A stretch of DNA of 64,000 nt from the human T2T-CHM13v2.0 reference genome, Homo sapiens. Shown one piece after another: positions 14,436 to 35,693 of the stretch. Below the pieces are notes generated by a model. The model made no database searches, was not told the origin of the DNA, and saw only the letters and a program-made list of their open reading frames with translations. The stretch lies in the NCBI RefSeq assembly GCF_009914755.1, contig NC_060932.1. One strand, 5' to 3'. Position 1 is the stretch's first letter, and each line of letters opens with the position of its first letter. The position numbers and the translations under genes are program-made.

Positions 14436-15106
14436 GTGAAGAATATTTTTAATATATTTTGAATATAGCTACATAAACCAGAAATATTTGGTTAATGGTA
14501 ATCAATGAAACAATATAGGTTTAAGAGTGAATGTTGCATTACTTGGGGCACATGTCAAGGGCAAATGAAAACATGCACAGATCCCATGTTTTCCAAACTG
14601 CATCCCCTGGAGCTCAGGATAAAATTGCTTGGTTTCCAGGGATGAAGGATAGTAGGCAAAGGAAGCAGACTTTCCTTATTAAGCTCTACATTGATTTGAG
14701 AAAACCTATCTTCCTTCATAGTTTGCCCATCAACTTAAAGTCTTTCTTCTAAAGAGGAAGGATATTTGAGATTTGATCTGAAGAAAATTCCATTCCTCCC
14801 AGCTCAAATGAGTAACCTTTCACTAAAACAGCATTTAACTTTAGAGATATGAACATCTGTGCCTGGCTTACGAATGTAGCAAAGGCAAAAGCCTTCTTTT
14901 CTTTTAGTGACTTTCATTTCAATTCCTTAAAAACCACAACAGAGTTCTCCACTCCACTTTTTTGATATCTACCCATCCACGGTCTCACATCCCTTTTTTT
15001 CAGTCATTGTCTCTTAACCCTCCTCTGTCCCATATGCTTTCATTTTTCCAAGCCCCAAATAGAATAAAGTCAGAGTGAGACGGGAAGTTAGAAGCGATAA
15101 AAAGAG

Positions 15107-15385
15107 GGCCAGGCACAGTTGCTCAGGCCTGCAATCCCAGCATTTTGTGAGGCCAAGGCAGGCGGATTACCTGAGGTCAGGAGTTCGAGACCAGCCTGGC
15201 CAACATGGAGGCATTCCATCTCTACTAAAAATATAAAAATCAGTCAGGCATGGTGGCAGGCACCTGTAGTCCCAGCCACTTGGGAGGCTGAGGCAGGAGA
15301 ATCCCTTGAACCTGGAGGCAGAGGTTGCACCCCAGCCCGGGAGACAGACAGAGACTCTGTCTCAAAAACAAAAACAAAAACAAAA
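15107..15385 (+). mobile_element. Alu with about 25-bp deletion in the right arm
   Basis: GGTTGCA joined directly to CCCCAGCC. Confidence 0.92.
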
Positions 15386-15653
15386 GTGATGAAAGGATAA
15401 GACATGTGGGGAAATCACCTTGCTGCTGTCCTTTGCTTTCATCATTTTGAATACAGAAAAGCCTTATATTAAATTTTAACAAAATTCAAAGGCTGAAATA
15501 AGGAAGAAAAACGAGGTCCCTTTAACATGCTATCATGTGCTCTTAGATGACAGAAAGTTTTATGTACCCTCCTTTTCCTTTCTAATCTTGAAATTTTTGG
15601 AGTATCCATCAAAATAATGAGAACTAAGGTTTTATTTTGCTGATCAATTTTAG

Positions 15654-15745
15654 ATATTATTTGCGAACTATATACCTGAAATGGTGGAACTGTTTGCTAA
15701 CAAGAGGAAATACACCAGTTCCTATGAAGCACTCAAAGGAAAGAA
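15654..15745 (+). CDS. KCNU1: KCNU1 exon (9), end of S6 and C-linker: ILFANYIPEMVELFANKRKYTSSYEALKGK
   Basis: ttttag acceptor, gtaagt donor, 92 nt. Confidence 0.95.
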
Positions 15746-17252
15746 GTAAGTAGTGTTTTAAGTATAATTTCTACAGTTTAAGAAATTCTATTAGCCATAT
15801 ATCTCGTTCTAGACATCTATTGTCTGGCTTAGCTGTAGAACCCAAGGTGAATATATCAGCAACATCCCGTATTCACTAAAAAGGACTGTGCTAAACTAAA
15901 TACCGTAAGAAAATGATATTTGCTACTTGACCCAAACCACTACATAGATGCTCATAAGAAAACTAAATCAACTAAAATGACAGATAATGTTGTAATTCAC
16001 TGTCAATAAATATTACTGATTATGGCACTATTTGTACATTCCTTTCCACTAACTTCTCCTATAGCCATTACCAATTGTCTTACTCATTTTCCTTGTATGG
16101 GTAACTTATGGCTAACTTTACATAATGGATCGGATTAAAGCCATGATTCCAATTTAAAATAATTAATTTAGTTCAGTTGTCTTAGCCAAAGCTCCCCTAA
16201 ACCATCGGGGGCTCATTTACGGATGAGGATTTGCCAGCATGAGAAGTTTCTACCCTGTCTTCTATAGCGCCTCCTAGATGACTGATTTTTTTTCCATGCC
16301 ACAGCCATGTGTTCCCGGGAGGAGAATGGAGTGGAGTTGTTTTTATATTATTTCTTCTTGGATTCATGTTACCTTAGCTTCCATTAGGTTTTTTTTTCCC
16401 ATCTAAGACAAAAAGAATGAAATGGAGATCTTAAATTAGATGTGATCCTTTTAAAAACTTAATCCCTGTCTGCTGTAATGAAAGAGGCATAATGGAGATA
16501 GGCTCCCTGAAAGCAGTCTCTTAATACAGTTGGATGAAAACTTTAATTGACCTGGGACTATGAAGAGGAAAGGAAAAATATGATGAAATGAACAAAAGAT
16601 AAATAATGAGAAGCAGTGAATTTAACTAGATAAGCCAAAATCTGGCCTCATTTGTCTCAGGAAAGGCCTATGGGGCACATACTAAATCAGTCAATAGGTC
16701 TGGGAATTTTATGTTAACTTAGGCTAAAATTATGTTTTCAGTTTTCTTCAATGGCTAATAGGAGGAAAATAGCTCCTTTAAATGCGTTAAACGTAAGAAA
16801 ATTTTTCATGACAAAAACTATATGCATAGAGTTCTGCACCTGTCTTCAATGTCCCTCCACTGGGCTCATGTTTTTGTAACTACTAGATATTCGTAAATGT
16901 GGAAGATAAGCTGAAACAATCTGGAATGTGGTGCTTTCTCAGCCATGATATTTGGGTGAGAAATGGAAAAATTGATGAACTTTTCTGCTCCTCAAGAAAA
17001 AAACAAACAACAACAACAACAACAAAAAACCCTCTCTCAGACAACTAGGAATTAAGTGAAAAAATAAGTTAAAAATCTATTATAAGTTATAAATAAATGT
17101 GAAAAATCTAGCAATAGTAATAGTTGCTCTTGTACTCTTAAAAAGCTGGGTGCAATTTAAATGTTTGGCTTCATATTCTACTTGAGATGAGATAGAAGAC
17201 TGTGGATATCTGATGCTTCTTTTGTATTAGAAATGCAGTCCTTAGTGTTTCA

Positions 17253-17578
<326 letters not shown>

Positions 17579-17702
17579 TCTGGGTGATGCAAATACCATA
17601 TTTATTGGAAACTAAGTTTAAGCCAATTATTTATCTCTAAATGCTGACAGGAAGGTGCTTATGTGCCTCGGATGATCCACCTCACCTGTTTTTGCTGCCT
17701 AG

Positions 17703-17813
17703 GTTTATTGTGGTCTGTGGAAACATCACTGTGGACAGTGTGACCGCTTTCCTGAGGAATTTCCTCCGCGACAAGTCAGGAGAGATCAACACTGAAATTG
17801 TTTTCCTGGGAGA
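17703..17813 (+). CDS. KCNU1: KCNU1 exon (10), RCK1 start: FIVVCGNITVDSVTAFLRNFLRDKSGEINTEIVFLG
   Basis: gcctag acceptor, gtaagt donor, 111 nt phase 2-2. Confidence 0.95.
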
Positions 17814-19249
17814 GTAAGTATATCTGTATGGCTCATGGGTTCTAAATTAATACTTAAAATACGTGTGAATATTTTTAATGCAAGAAAATTACCTTCACAA
17901 TATTTATAGAAAAAGTAGGTATTGATCATAAACAAAACAAAAAAGAAAAGAAATCTTTGACCAAGCTAATCTCTGCAAATATTTTGGAATATATCTTGTC
18001 AGATGTTTTTCTGCATAGGTACTAATATGATTTAAGTGATTATCATTTGGCATTTAGGTTACTCTACACGTTATTATCATACATGACTATAATCTTATGC
18101 AAAAGCCTGGTGCACTTTATAATTATTATTCTGTTAATTCTCAGAATTAGAAATGTGAAGTTCAAATCAATACAGAAATGATTGTTCTTGATGCTGTTGT
18201 TGTTCTGTGCAGTCTATCTTTCCACTAGCAGAGCCTAAGTCAAATATTTTGTCAAGCACTAGGAAATACATATTTAGTACAGAAGGATTTTAAGTATAGC
18301 TTAGGTACACAAAATGATTTCTTATATTTTAATTTTGTAATTTTCAATTTGGTAAGATTGACTAATTTTCTATGTTTTGACTGTTGGCTTTTCTCTTTGA
18401 AATTTCTCTTTCTTTCTTTCTTTCATCCTCTCCTATTAAGTGGATTACCTGTTGCTTTATTGACTTTTCTACTCAATATATGTTGTTACTAGCCATTTCC
18501 TGTTATATGTTATACATGTTTTTCTTCCAACTTCACCTTTTAATTTTTTTCGTGCTTTTATTTTCATACAGAAGTGTTTGATTTGCATGCACTCCAGTCA
18601 GCTCATTCTTTTAGTGTTTAAGATCCATGGAATTGCTTTTGCCTGATGTGTAGAGAATTAACTTCTTTACTTTTCTCAAATGATTCATCGGTTACCTAAA
18701 TATCATTCACTAAATAAGTCAGCCAGATTTTGAAATGACATTTTGATCTTACGTAGGATTGTATGTAGCATCGCCTCCATCTTCTGGCACTGTGTAGTTG
18801 AGCACTCTACTTTTGCATTATGACATGTTCAATTCACCATAAATTTGGGCCCTCATGTATGGAATAACCGATAGCAGTTTGAAGCACTCTATGATGTTAC
18901 TGACAGCCAAGAATTCCGTTTAAGTAGCATCAGTGTGTCCATCTTTCTAGCAATCTGTGCACTATTTAAATCTTTTGTTAGAAAACAGTAAAAACAAAGA
19001 GTACTAAAACTAGGGATTAAAAGCTAATTATTATAATCCAATTGAGACAGAGAGGAAATCAATAGATGTGTGACGTGTTTTACCACTGTTGCACTTTTAT
19101 GATCTAACATGCGTTGTTGTATGTACTTGCCAAGATAATGAACAAATTTTTTTTAATGGTGAAAAATGTGGAAAGTATCTATCTAAAATTTTGTTACTTT
19201 CATCTATACTCCGATGCCTGCAAAAATTTACATCTTCTCTTAGACATTC

Positions 19250-19823
19250 TCTGTGGCTTCATATTTACACAACTAATTGCCTCCTGGATATTTTTAACCT
19301 AGTGTTATGAAGGCCCCTCAAGCTCAACATTCTCAAAAGTGAACTCATGATCTTGTGTTCCCCTTCTCAACTCAAAGGCAAACAAACAAAAATCAAAGAA
19401 GGAAAGCAAGCAACATTTTCTATCCTAGTAAATGAGACCTCATTAATATACTTCCTTAAAACAGAAAACTGAGTATTATCTCTGATACTCCTGTCCCCCT
19501 CAATCCTTATATACATTTTCATCAATACCATTAATTTTGTCCCATATGTAAATCCTAATTCTGTTTCTACCATTTATTCTCCACTATCACAACTCTATTC
19601 ATAGTTAAATCTTGTCTTCCCAAAATTTCTCTCAAGGCCACTTTATTTGTTTGTTCTTTGTGCTCCAAAGCTCTTCTTCTCCCTTTATGTGACCAATTTA
19701 TTCCCATCCTTCCCACTCAGAGAGACAGTCCCTGTCCATTCTATCTAAATTGGTGTCCTCTAATTTCCTTCTATCTCATTACTCTATTTTATTTCCTTTA
19801 AAGCAATTATCACAATCTATAAT
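19250..19823. mobile_element. L2 fragment, resuming after 22600
   Basis: CCCCTCAAGCTCAACATTCTCAAAAGTGAACTC motif typical of L2. Confidence 0.6.
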
Positions 19824-22599
19824 TGTGGTGGTAGAGTTTCCTTTAACACAGCTGTTAACATTTCTTTCTTTTGCTATATACTCCTGCCCCTTCTCCCATT
19901 TAAATGTGAATTCTCTTTCTTCTCCCTTTGAATCTGGGCTGACCTGTGGCTTAATTTGATAAATAGAACACAGAAGATGTGACACTTTGCTACTTCAGGC
20001 CTAGCGTTTAGGAGGATTGACAGTTCCAGCTTCCACTTAGAGCCCTGAGTCATCATGTAAAAAGCCATACTACCTTGCTGGAGAGAAGGCCCAGTCAGCT
20101 GTCAGCTACTCTAGTCACATAGCTGAAGCAACAGTCATGTGTATAGCCACTTTGGACATTCCAGCTCCCTGTGAAGCTCCTGGATGAATGTACCTACGTG
20201 GATGCCCCTAGTCAACAATACATGGAACGGAAGAACAACCTGGCTGAGACCAGCCAACCTACAAAATCATGAACATAGTATATTATTGTTGCTTAAGGTC
20301 TATAATTTCTAGGATGGTTTGTTTTGCAGAAATAGATAATTGATACAACAAGTGGTACTCGAAGGGTGCTAGCATACCAAGAGCCAAAATGTGGCCTTTT
20401 CCTTGGAACTGGTGGAGACAGAGGCCAGAAGAGTTGCATGGAGACTCAGTAAAGGCTGGAAGAGCAATGAGGAAATTGCTGTAGGGTGATGGAGGAAGAA
20501 CAGCCCATGCATGGTTTTATGGCAGAATTTTAGTAACACTGTCACCAGCAATAATATGGAAGACAGGAAATGTACCTAATGAAATTGTGAAGCTAAGAAG
20601 ATTTCCCAAAAGAAAGTCATTTACTCTAGTTTAATCATGCATGCTAAGGTATTATAAGAAAATTCAGAAAAAAAAAAAAAGAAATTCTTTAGTTTTCGAG
20701 CAGAACTTAGAAGCAATACAGAAGGCCAAGAACAATCTCTCCAGATGGTCAAAAAAAGGAAGAATGACCTCAGAGAGAAAAAAAAAATCAAATTTAGGGT
20801 GCAATCTATAACATTTGACTTCAAGGTCAAAATTGAATCAAGGATGCAACTGTAAGATCATTTGTTAAGACCTCAGAAAGATTTAAGGTGGTGACTAACA
20901 GAGGCTCTCAGTCAGGCAAAGGGGCTGCAAAGAAGCTTACAGACATTCTTCTCGGAAGCCTGACATTGTCAAAGTGGAGAGAGATCTGTCTGCAAGGAAT
21001 CATGGATCTGACTTTTAAAGCATGACATGAACCTGAATTAGGTTTATAGAAAATACTCAACAGAATTCTGCTTCAAACAGAATTTTTCTGATAGCAGCCC
21101 TACCAACTTGAAGTAGAAGGGAAAGAAAGAGTTGAAAATGAAAAAAAGAAATGCTTCTGAGCCCAATTTAGCACACACAAGAATCAGGCAGAGAAAGCTA
21201 CTGAAGTATAAACATAGACCTTTTGTTAAAGAAAGGGAAGCATGATGACTCAGGATCAGAGGACAGAGAAAAGAATTACGGACAGTAGATTAACTCGTGA
21301 GCACAGAACTGGGCCATAATTGAGAAACATTCTCTACCCCTAATAACACATGCTCAGATTTCAGAATTTCTGTAGACCCGTGATTTCTCAGTGCCCTCCG
21401 TTACAACCCCTACCACTTTTGATGGGGCTTGCCTGTTGCAATTTTCCTATCCCTGTTGGTGTCATCATGGTAAGCTGGCTGTTGGAGTTGGGGTATTCAC
21501 TTCTCCATTCAGTTCACAGGTGTTCACATCAGGACTAGATGTATTTAGGAGCCCCCATCCAGGTCTAGGCCTAATTTAGATGACAAGATCCAGGACTTTG
21601 AGCTGATTCTATAAAGAGATGAGACTTTGGGAGGAAATGTGAGAGTATTTTGTACAAGGGAGGGATGTGGATTCTTGTGGCCAGGATGCAGACTGTGGTA
21701 GTTTAATGATGGCTAATAGCAATTCCTCTTTATACATACAGATGGTCCCTGGTTTATGATGCTTTGACTTAAAACAATTTTTTTTTACTTTATGATGGTG
21801 CAAAAGTCATATGCCTTCAGTAGAAACCATATTTTGAATACTCACTTTCAGTGCAGTATTCAGTAAATAATATGAGATACTCAACACTTTATTATAAATA
21901 GGCTTTGTGTTAGATATTTGACCAAATGTAGGCTAATGTGAGTGTTCTGAGCATCTTTGAGGTAGGCCAGGCTAAGCAACGATGTTTGACAGGTTAGCTG
22001 TATTCAAAGCATTTTCAACTTACCACGTTTTCAACTTATGATGGGTTTATAGGGATGTAGCCCCATCATAAGTTCAGGAGTGTCTGTATTCTGCTCCTCC
22101 TACCAAAAGTGGAGTCCATTTTCCCTTCTATTGAATCTGGGCTAGCCTTTTGACTCATTTTAACCAAGAAGATATCAACAAGTGACAGTATGCCGGTTAT
22201 GCCAGCCCTTAAGACTCCTGACAGCATCTGCTTTAGTATCTTGGAGCCTTGAAATATAACTATAAAAAATAAATACACACACATCTATGTATGTATATAT
22301 GTATCAAACATATATACATACGTATGTATGTATGTTGGAGAATAAGGCCCATCCCACTGCCAGTCTTTCCAGCTAGCTCAGTCGAGGCAGCACACATGTA
22401 AATGATGCCATCTTGGATGTTCTAGACCACTAAAGCTCTCAGCCAAAGTCAGTCCTATAAAGGACTCTAACAAAACCACAGGGAACAGAAGTATCACCCA
22501 GCTGAGCCCAGTCAAAACAAGGAATACAAAAAATAATAACTTGTTATTTAAGCTACAAGGTTCTTGTAAGATTCTATACAAAAATACATAAATGATACA
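19824..22599 (+). mobile_element. MLT1 (MaLR) provirus: 5' LTR 19824-20347, internal region, 3' LTR 21694-22599
   Basis: Two homologous TGTGGT...GATACA LTRs sharing TTGAATCTGGGCT and CTGAG-CCAG blocks; purine-rich tract before the 3' LTR. Confidence 0.8.
21739..22086 (-). mobile_element. MER47A-like Tigger MITE
   Basis: CAGA...TCTG ends with TA duplication; recalled MER47 internal sequence. Confidence 0.8.
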
Positions 22600-23214
22600 G
22601 TATTACCATTTTCTTTCTTTGGTTACTTGTTTATTGCTTGAACAAAGCAGTATCTAACATATTACTCTATGAAATGTTATGAAAATAAAATATTAACTTA
22701 TATTTCCATAAGTCAGACTGCTTAGTTGCATGCAAGAAAAACTATGACTAAATTAAGCAGAAAAGAATACACAAATAGATATTACACAGCTCTTAAAACC
22801 ACCAAAAGCCAGATAACTAGGCTTAGAGACTACACAGCAAGGAGCAGTGATATTGTGATACCTCTTTCCTTGAGTAATTTGTTTTATGAGTGGGCGCATA
22901 AAGGTCAACTTCCTTGTCATTCTTTATGCTGACTGCATGTGTCTTATACATTTTGTATATGTACTATTTTTTACAATAAAATTTAAAAGGTGAGAACTTT
23001 CTAGGTTTGACAGAAGAAATCAGTTCTCAGATGAGAAGGTACAATAAATCATGTATACTTCCATGTACTTGAAATGTGAAAATCAAAACATAGGGATAAA
23101 GAGAGGCATGCATGTGAGTGTTGTCATAACAGAGGGGGCAGCTAATTCAGCAATTGTTAGGGGATGGGGCAGATCAGAATACGCATTCAGAAGAAAGTAC
23201 CATTCAAGAAAGTA

Positions 23215-23265
23215 TTAGATTGGTGCAAAAGTAATTGTGGTTTTGCCATTAAAAGTAATGCCAAA
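23215..23265. mobile_element. MADE1 (Hsmar1 MITE), truncated
   Basis: TTAGATTGGTGCAAAAGTAATTGTGGTTTTGCCATT. Confidence 0.85.
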
Positions 23266-23892
23266 CAGTACATGACCATAAGTTACACATCAAAAGTAAA
23301 ATACTTACCATGAAGTATTTATCTCTCCTTCCCTTTCCCCAGTCCTACTGCTCAGAGACAACTGCTTTCAGTTCTTTCAGACTTAATATTTCTTCAAATT
23401 TTAAGTCTAAATTTTACCACTTTTTGATTCCTCAGTTATAGATGGTATTTATTAACCATCAGATTTGCAAATGAGAATTGTTCAACACTCTGCATCACTT
23501 CTATTGTTTCGGTATTATGATCTTAAATCTGTAGTTACACAATTAGTGTTTATATCATTGCGGCAAATAAATATTGTTCATTGTAGATTCAAGTAAAAGT
23601 GTATAAGGATAACAGTATATTTCCTCAAAATTTTATTTTCAATCCTCAGTGATTGTTTCATTTTATGTTTATCATATATATTATATCATATAGTATATAT
23701 AATAGAGGTACCATATGAATGCCAATAAATATTTTCCAATTTCTCCAATATGTAATAATACAATAGGAACAAAAGTTGAGTGAGAAATTTCTAAGAGTTG
23801 CAAATGGGTCATTGGACTATAGAAAAAATATGCCAGAATGTTTATTCACGTCTAAAATAGCAAGGAAATAATTAATCTCCTTGTTCAAACCT

Positions 23893-24190
<298 letters not shown>

Positions 24191-24296
24191 CCTGTTTAAG
24201 CCTTTTTTATTCCAAAATATAATTCAAAAAATCACTTAGAATTAAAGTGATTATAAAGTGAACATCCATATAACTACCACTCAAGTCAAGAAATAA

Positions 24297-24634
24297 AGTA
24301 GTGCCTCCTTATCTGCAGTTTTTCTTATCACAATTTCAGTTACATATGGTCAGTCGTGTTCTAAAACTTAGTGAGTACAGTACAATATGGTATTTTGAAA
24401 GGGAGACTGCTTACACGTACATTTTATTACAGCATATTGTTATAATTATTCTATTTCATTATTTGTTTTTATTGTTAATGCCTTATTGTACCTAATTTAT
24501 AAATTAAATGTTATTATAGGCATGTATATATAGGAAAAATGGTACTGTATATATGGGGTTTGGTACTATCTGTGGTTTCAGGCATCCCCTGGGGGTCTTG
24601 GAATGTATCCCCTTTGGATAAGGATGGATTACTA
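24297..24634. mobile_element. MER44-like Tigger MITE
   Basis: Termini CCTTATC... and ...GGATAAGG; GGTTTCAGGCATCCCCTGGGGGTCTTGGAATGTATCCCC. Confidence 0.75.
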
Positions 24635-24639
24635 TATTC

Positions 24640-30700
<6,061 letters not shown>

Positions 30701-30799
30701 CTAGTGGTTTCCTACATTTTATTTGAGGGGTGTGTGTGTGTGTTTGGATGTGTAGGTTTGTGTTTGTGTGTGTGTGTGTTGTGTTTTGAGAGATTTTTT

Positions 30800-32478
<1,679 letters not shown>

Positions 32479-33607
32479 TTAGGCTTTTTATTTTTTCTAG
32501 AGTTAGTTCTGATAAGATACACTTTTAAGTAATTTGTTCATTTTGGCTAAGTTTTCAGAGCTGTTGACATTCAGTTATTTGCTGTCTACTTTTGTTATTT
32601 TTTAATCTCTACTTTGACTATATGTATTGTATCTTCTTTGTTCAATATTTGCATCATTTTTGTCTTTTATTTTTTCTCCATTAACTTTACAAAACTTTTG
32701 CCTATTATGCTAGGTTATTTTTCAAAGAACTGACTTTTGATGTGGTTTATCTTCTCTGTTTTATCTTTTTGTTCCTTTTTCATTGTTTCTTATTCTTGTT
32801 TTCATCATTTCTTTTATTTTTATTTCCTTGATCCTATTCTAATACATCTCCAAAGCTATAAATTATTCCTAAAGCACGGCTGTTGCTGTATCTCAAAGCA
32901 TATATATTTAATATTTTCAACATATTTCTAAGAATAATGATAAAGAATTGTTGCAATTTCTTCCAAGCTCATAATATTTTTAGCACTCTATTTTTTTATT
33001 CCTAAATCTGAAAACTATTTTTATTTGTGTTTTGGTTAACTTCTAAGTTAATTGTATTGTGATCAAAGATCATTATATGTAATAACTTTGTTTTTGTAAT
33101 GTGTTGAGGCTTTCATTGTCTGTCAAGAAAAATACCGTTTTGATAAATATTTGTGTGTTCTTTATAAAAATTAGTTCCTCTAAATGTTCTTTTCAGAATT
33201 TATAAATATTAAACATGTGTGTTCAAAATCTGTGATGATTGTTTTCTGCTTGCTCTATCAATAGTTTAAAAAGATATGTCAAAATCTCTCATAACAGTGG
33301 CAGACTCATCAATTTCTCCTTCTAATTTTTTTCATATTTGCTTCTTATATTTAAAAGCCATTTTATTAAATGCATAGTTGATTTAAAATGTTATGCCTGT
33401 TTCAGTAACTCAGTTTTTTAAACTAAATAGTGAACTTCTTCATCCTTAGTAATTACATTTTTTAAAAAAATAGTATTAACTTGATTTGTATTTTTTCATA
33501 TCACTATGAGGGATTCTACTAAATGCACCAAATTAGTTATAAAAACCTCTAAACCCAGAGTCAATCATCTTTTTTCCCTCATTGCTGCCACGTTCTTTTT
33601 TGTCCAG

Positions 33608-33713
33608 AACCCCTCCTTCTTTGGAACTTGAAACCATATTTAAATGCTACTTGGCCTACACAACGTTCATTTCTGGATCTGCAATGAAGTGGGAGGATCT
33701 GAGGCGAGTTGCG
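33608..33713 (+). CDS. KCNU1: KCNU1 exon (11): TPPSLELETIFKCYLAYTTFISGSAMKWEDLRRVA
   Basis: tttgtccag acceptor, gtaaga donor, 106 nt. Confidence 0.95.
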
Positions 33714-34839
33714 GTAAGATCTAGTTGTTTTTGTTCCTTGTAGTTTTCCTTAGTTGCAACAATTAAAATAATAGGATATATTGCTTTTTAAAAAAGGTAT
33801 TATTTCAGCTTCTTTAATTGGTGGAAAATATAACTTCCTCAACTTTAAAAACAATTGTAAAGGAGGTGTAGTAATTGACCCCCAAATCTGATTTCAGAAA
33901 TGTCAAGCAGACCTCACTGTTTGCCAACACTTATATTTAAATTATTTATTTCTCAAAATTCTCTATCTAAATCAGTTTTATTTTATCAGCCTAAGAGGTC
34001 TGAAAAAGGTATGGATAGCAAGGTGTGTTTGATCTTACCACACAAATAGAATTCTTACCAGAAGGCAGATCTCTGAGTCCATCAGCTTTAATCAACTTCT
34101 CCTCCTAAATGCATGGATATGCTTTCCAATAGGAAAAACATAAAGGAAAATAGTAGAAATCTCATTAAAGTTGTGACGCAAAATAATGAGCAACAGCCAA
34201 CCCTCTAGACAGGTTTGGCTTAAGATCAAAGGCAGCTTCCTGTCATGTTCTCAGTCTCGGAGAATCAACAAACAGAAAAGTTTCTGTTGAAAGCCAAGAT
34301 CTATAGAGTAAACATGAAGAATTGACAGACCCAGAAAAATATTTCTCTTTCCTGCAGTTTAGTACTGTAAGAGCCATTTCAGTAATTTTCTAGAACTTTG
34401 AAATTCACACTCCACCAATATTGAATAACTGCTTATTAGAGCCAAGTAGACTCCCAGTTCCTCTGTTTTTAACTGTCCTGAAAGATAAGTAAATACACAG
34501 ACGGTTGCTTATAAAGGCCTTAGGGCTTATCACTAGGCATCAAATAATGGTGATGGATGGTAGGAAAAATATAACGCCTTATTTTACCCATTTGAAAGCA
34601 ATCTTTTACCTATGTCAGAGACCCTGTGTCCTAGCCCATCAGCTGCAACCCTTGCCCTTTGCAGCATTTGCAGGACAACAATCCTGATGTAAAGACATCC
34701 TCATTACAACTTATTCCCAAGTGTGTCCTCTTTTGTGTTAGCAATTTTATTACAAAATTGTTAGAAAACCCGAAAGGGGAAGACCAGAGCATTTCCCATG
34801 TAATTAACAAGATGGCTCCTGTCCGATCTTGAAGGGTAG

Positions 34840-34922
34840 GTGGAATCTGCAGAGGCATGCCTGATTATAGCCAATCCTTTGTGCAGTGATTCCCATGCTG
34901 AAGATATTTCCAACATTATGAG
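34840..34922 (+). CDS. KCNU1: KCNU1 exon (12): VESAEACLIIANPLCSDSHAEDISNIM(R)
   Basis: gggtag acceptor, gtaaga donor, 83 nt; homologous to Slo1 ACLILANK...EDASNIMR. Confidence 0.93.
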
Positions 34923-35391
34923 GTAAGAAGCTGTGTTTTGTATGCTATAACGATTATTTTTTTCTATCTCTTTTAAAGTAATGCCCGGTACATAAGCATA
35001 AAAAGGAGAAAATGTCGTCTATCATATCACTAGGTTCATCATATTCCAAGGTTCTGCCTACTTTTTGCCTGCTCCCCAAGACTGTGCAGATGGATGCAAA
35101 AGGATAAAAACGGAGCATCCTGAGTGTGAATGTGCTTCTCCATATAATTCCCTGAAGTTTCATATCTATAGTAGCCATCTGAATTTAAGAAGCAAGCATA
35201 CAAATAACTGATTATTGTTCAGATAGAACCATTATAACTAATATCCTCTCCTCAAAAATGAAGATGCAATTTTATGAACCCTATTAGTGCACGTTATTTA
35301 TTGGGATTTTTCTCTAGTAGTTGTGGTGAAAGATTATGCGTGGTCCGGTATGACGTGCTTTTTGTTTGACCATCAGTAAGTATTCTCTTTT

Positions 35392-35693
35392 CTTTTCTTT
35401 TCTTTTTTTTTTTTTGAGACGGAGTTTTGCTCTTGTTGCCTGTGCTGGAGGGCAGTGGCGTGATCTAGGCTCACTGCAACTTCCACCTCCCCGGTGCAAG
35501 CAGTTCTGCCTCAGCCTTCCAAGTAGCTGGGATTACAGGCATGTGCCACCACGCCAGACTAATTTTTTATTTTTAGTAGAGATGGGGTTTTACCATGTTG
35601 GTCAGGCTGGTCTTGAACTCCTGAGCTCAGATGATCTGTCCACCTTAGCCTCCCAAAGTGCTGGGATTACAGGCTGGGCCACTGCGCCTGGCC
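35392..35693 (-). mobile_element. Alu
   Basis: About 20-bp TSD TGACCATCRGYAAGTATT. Confidence 0.95.

Noticed and set aside
16265-16282. CTCF-like motifs (also near 5677, 40263 and 59124)
   Set aside because: Each has two or more core mismatches; cannot be supported without ChIP data
16733-16918. Imperfect inverted ends TGTTTTCAGTTTTCTTCA / TGGAAGATAAGCTGAAACA
   Set aside because: Several mismatches in AT-rich DNA, no TSD and no internal symmetry; compatible with chance
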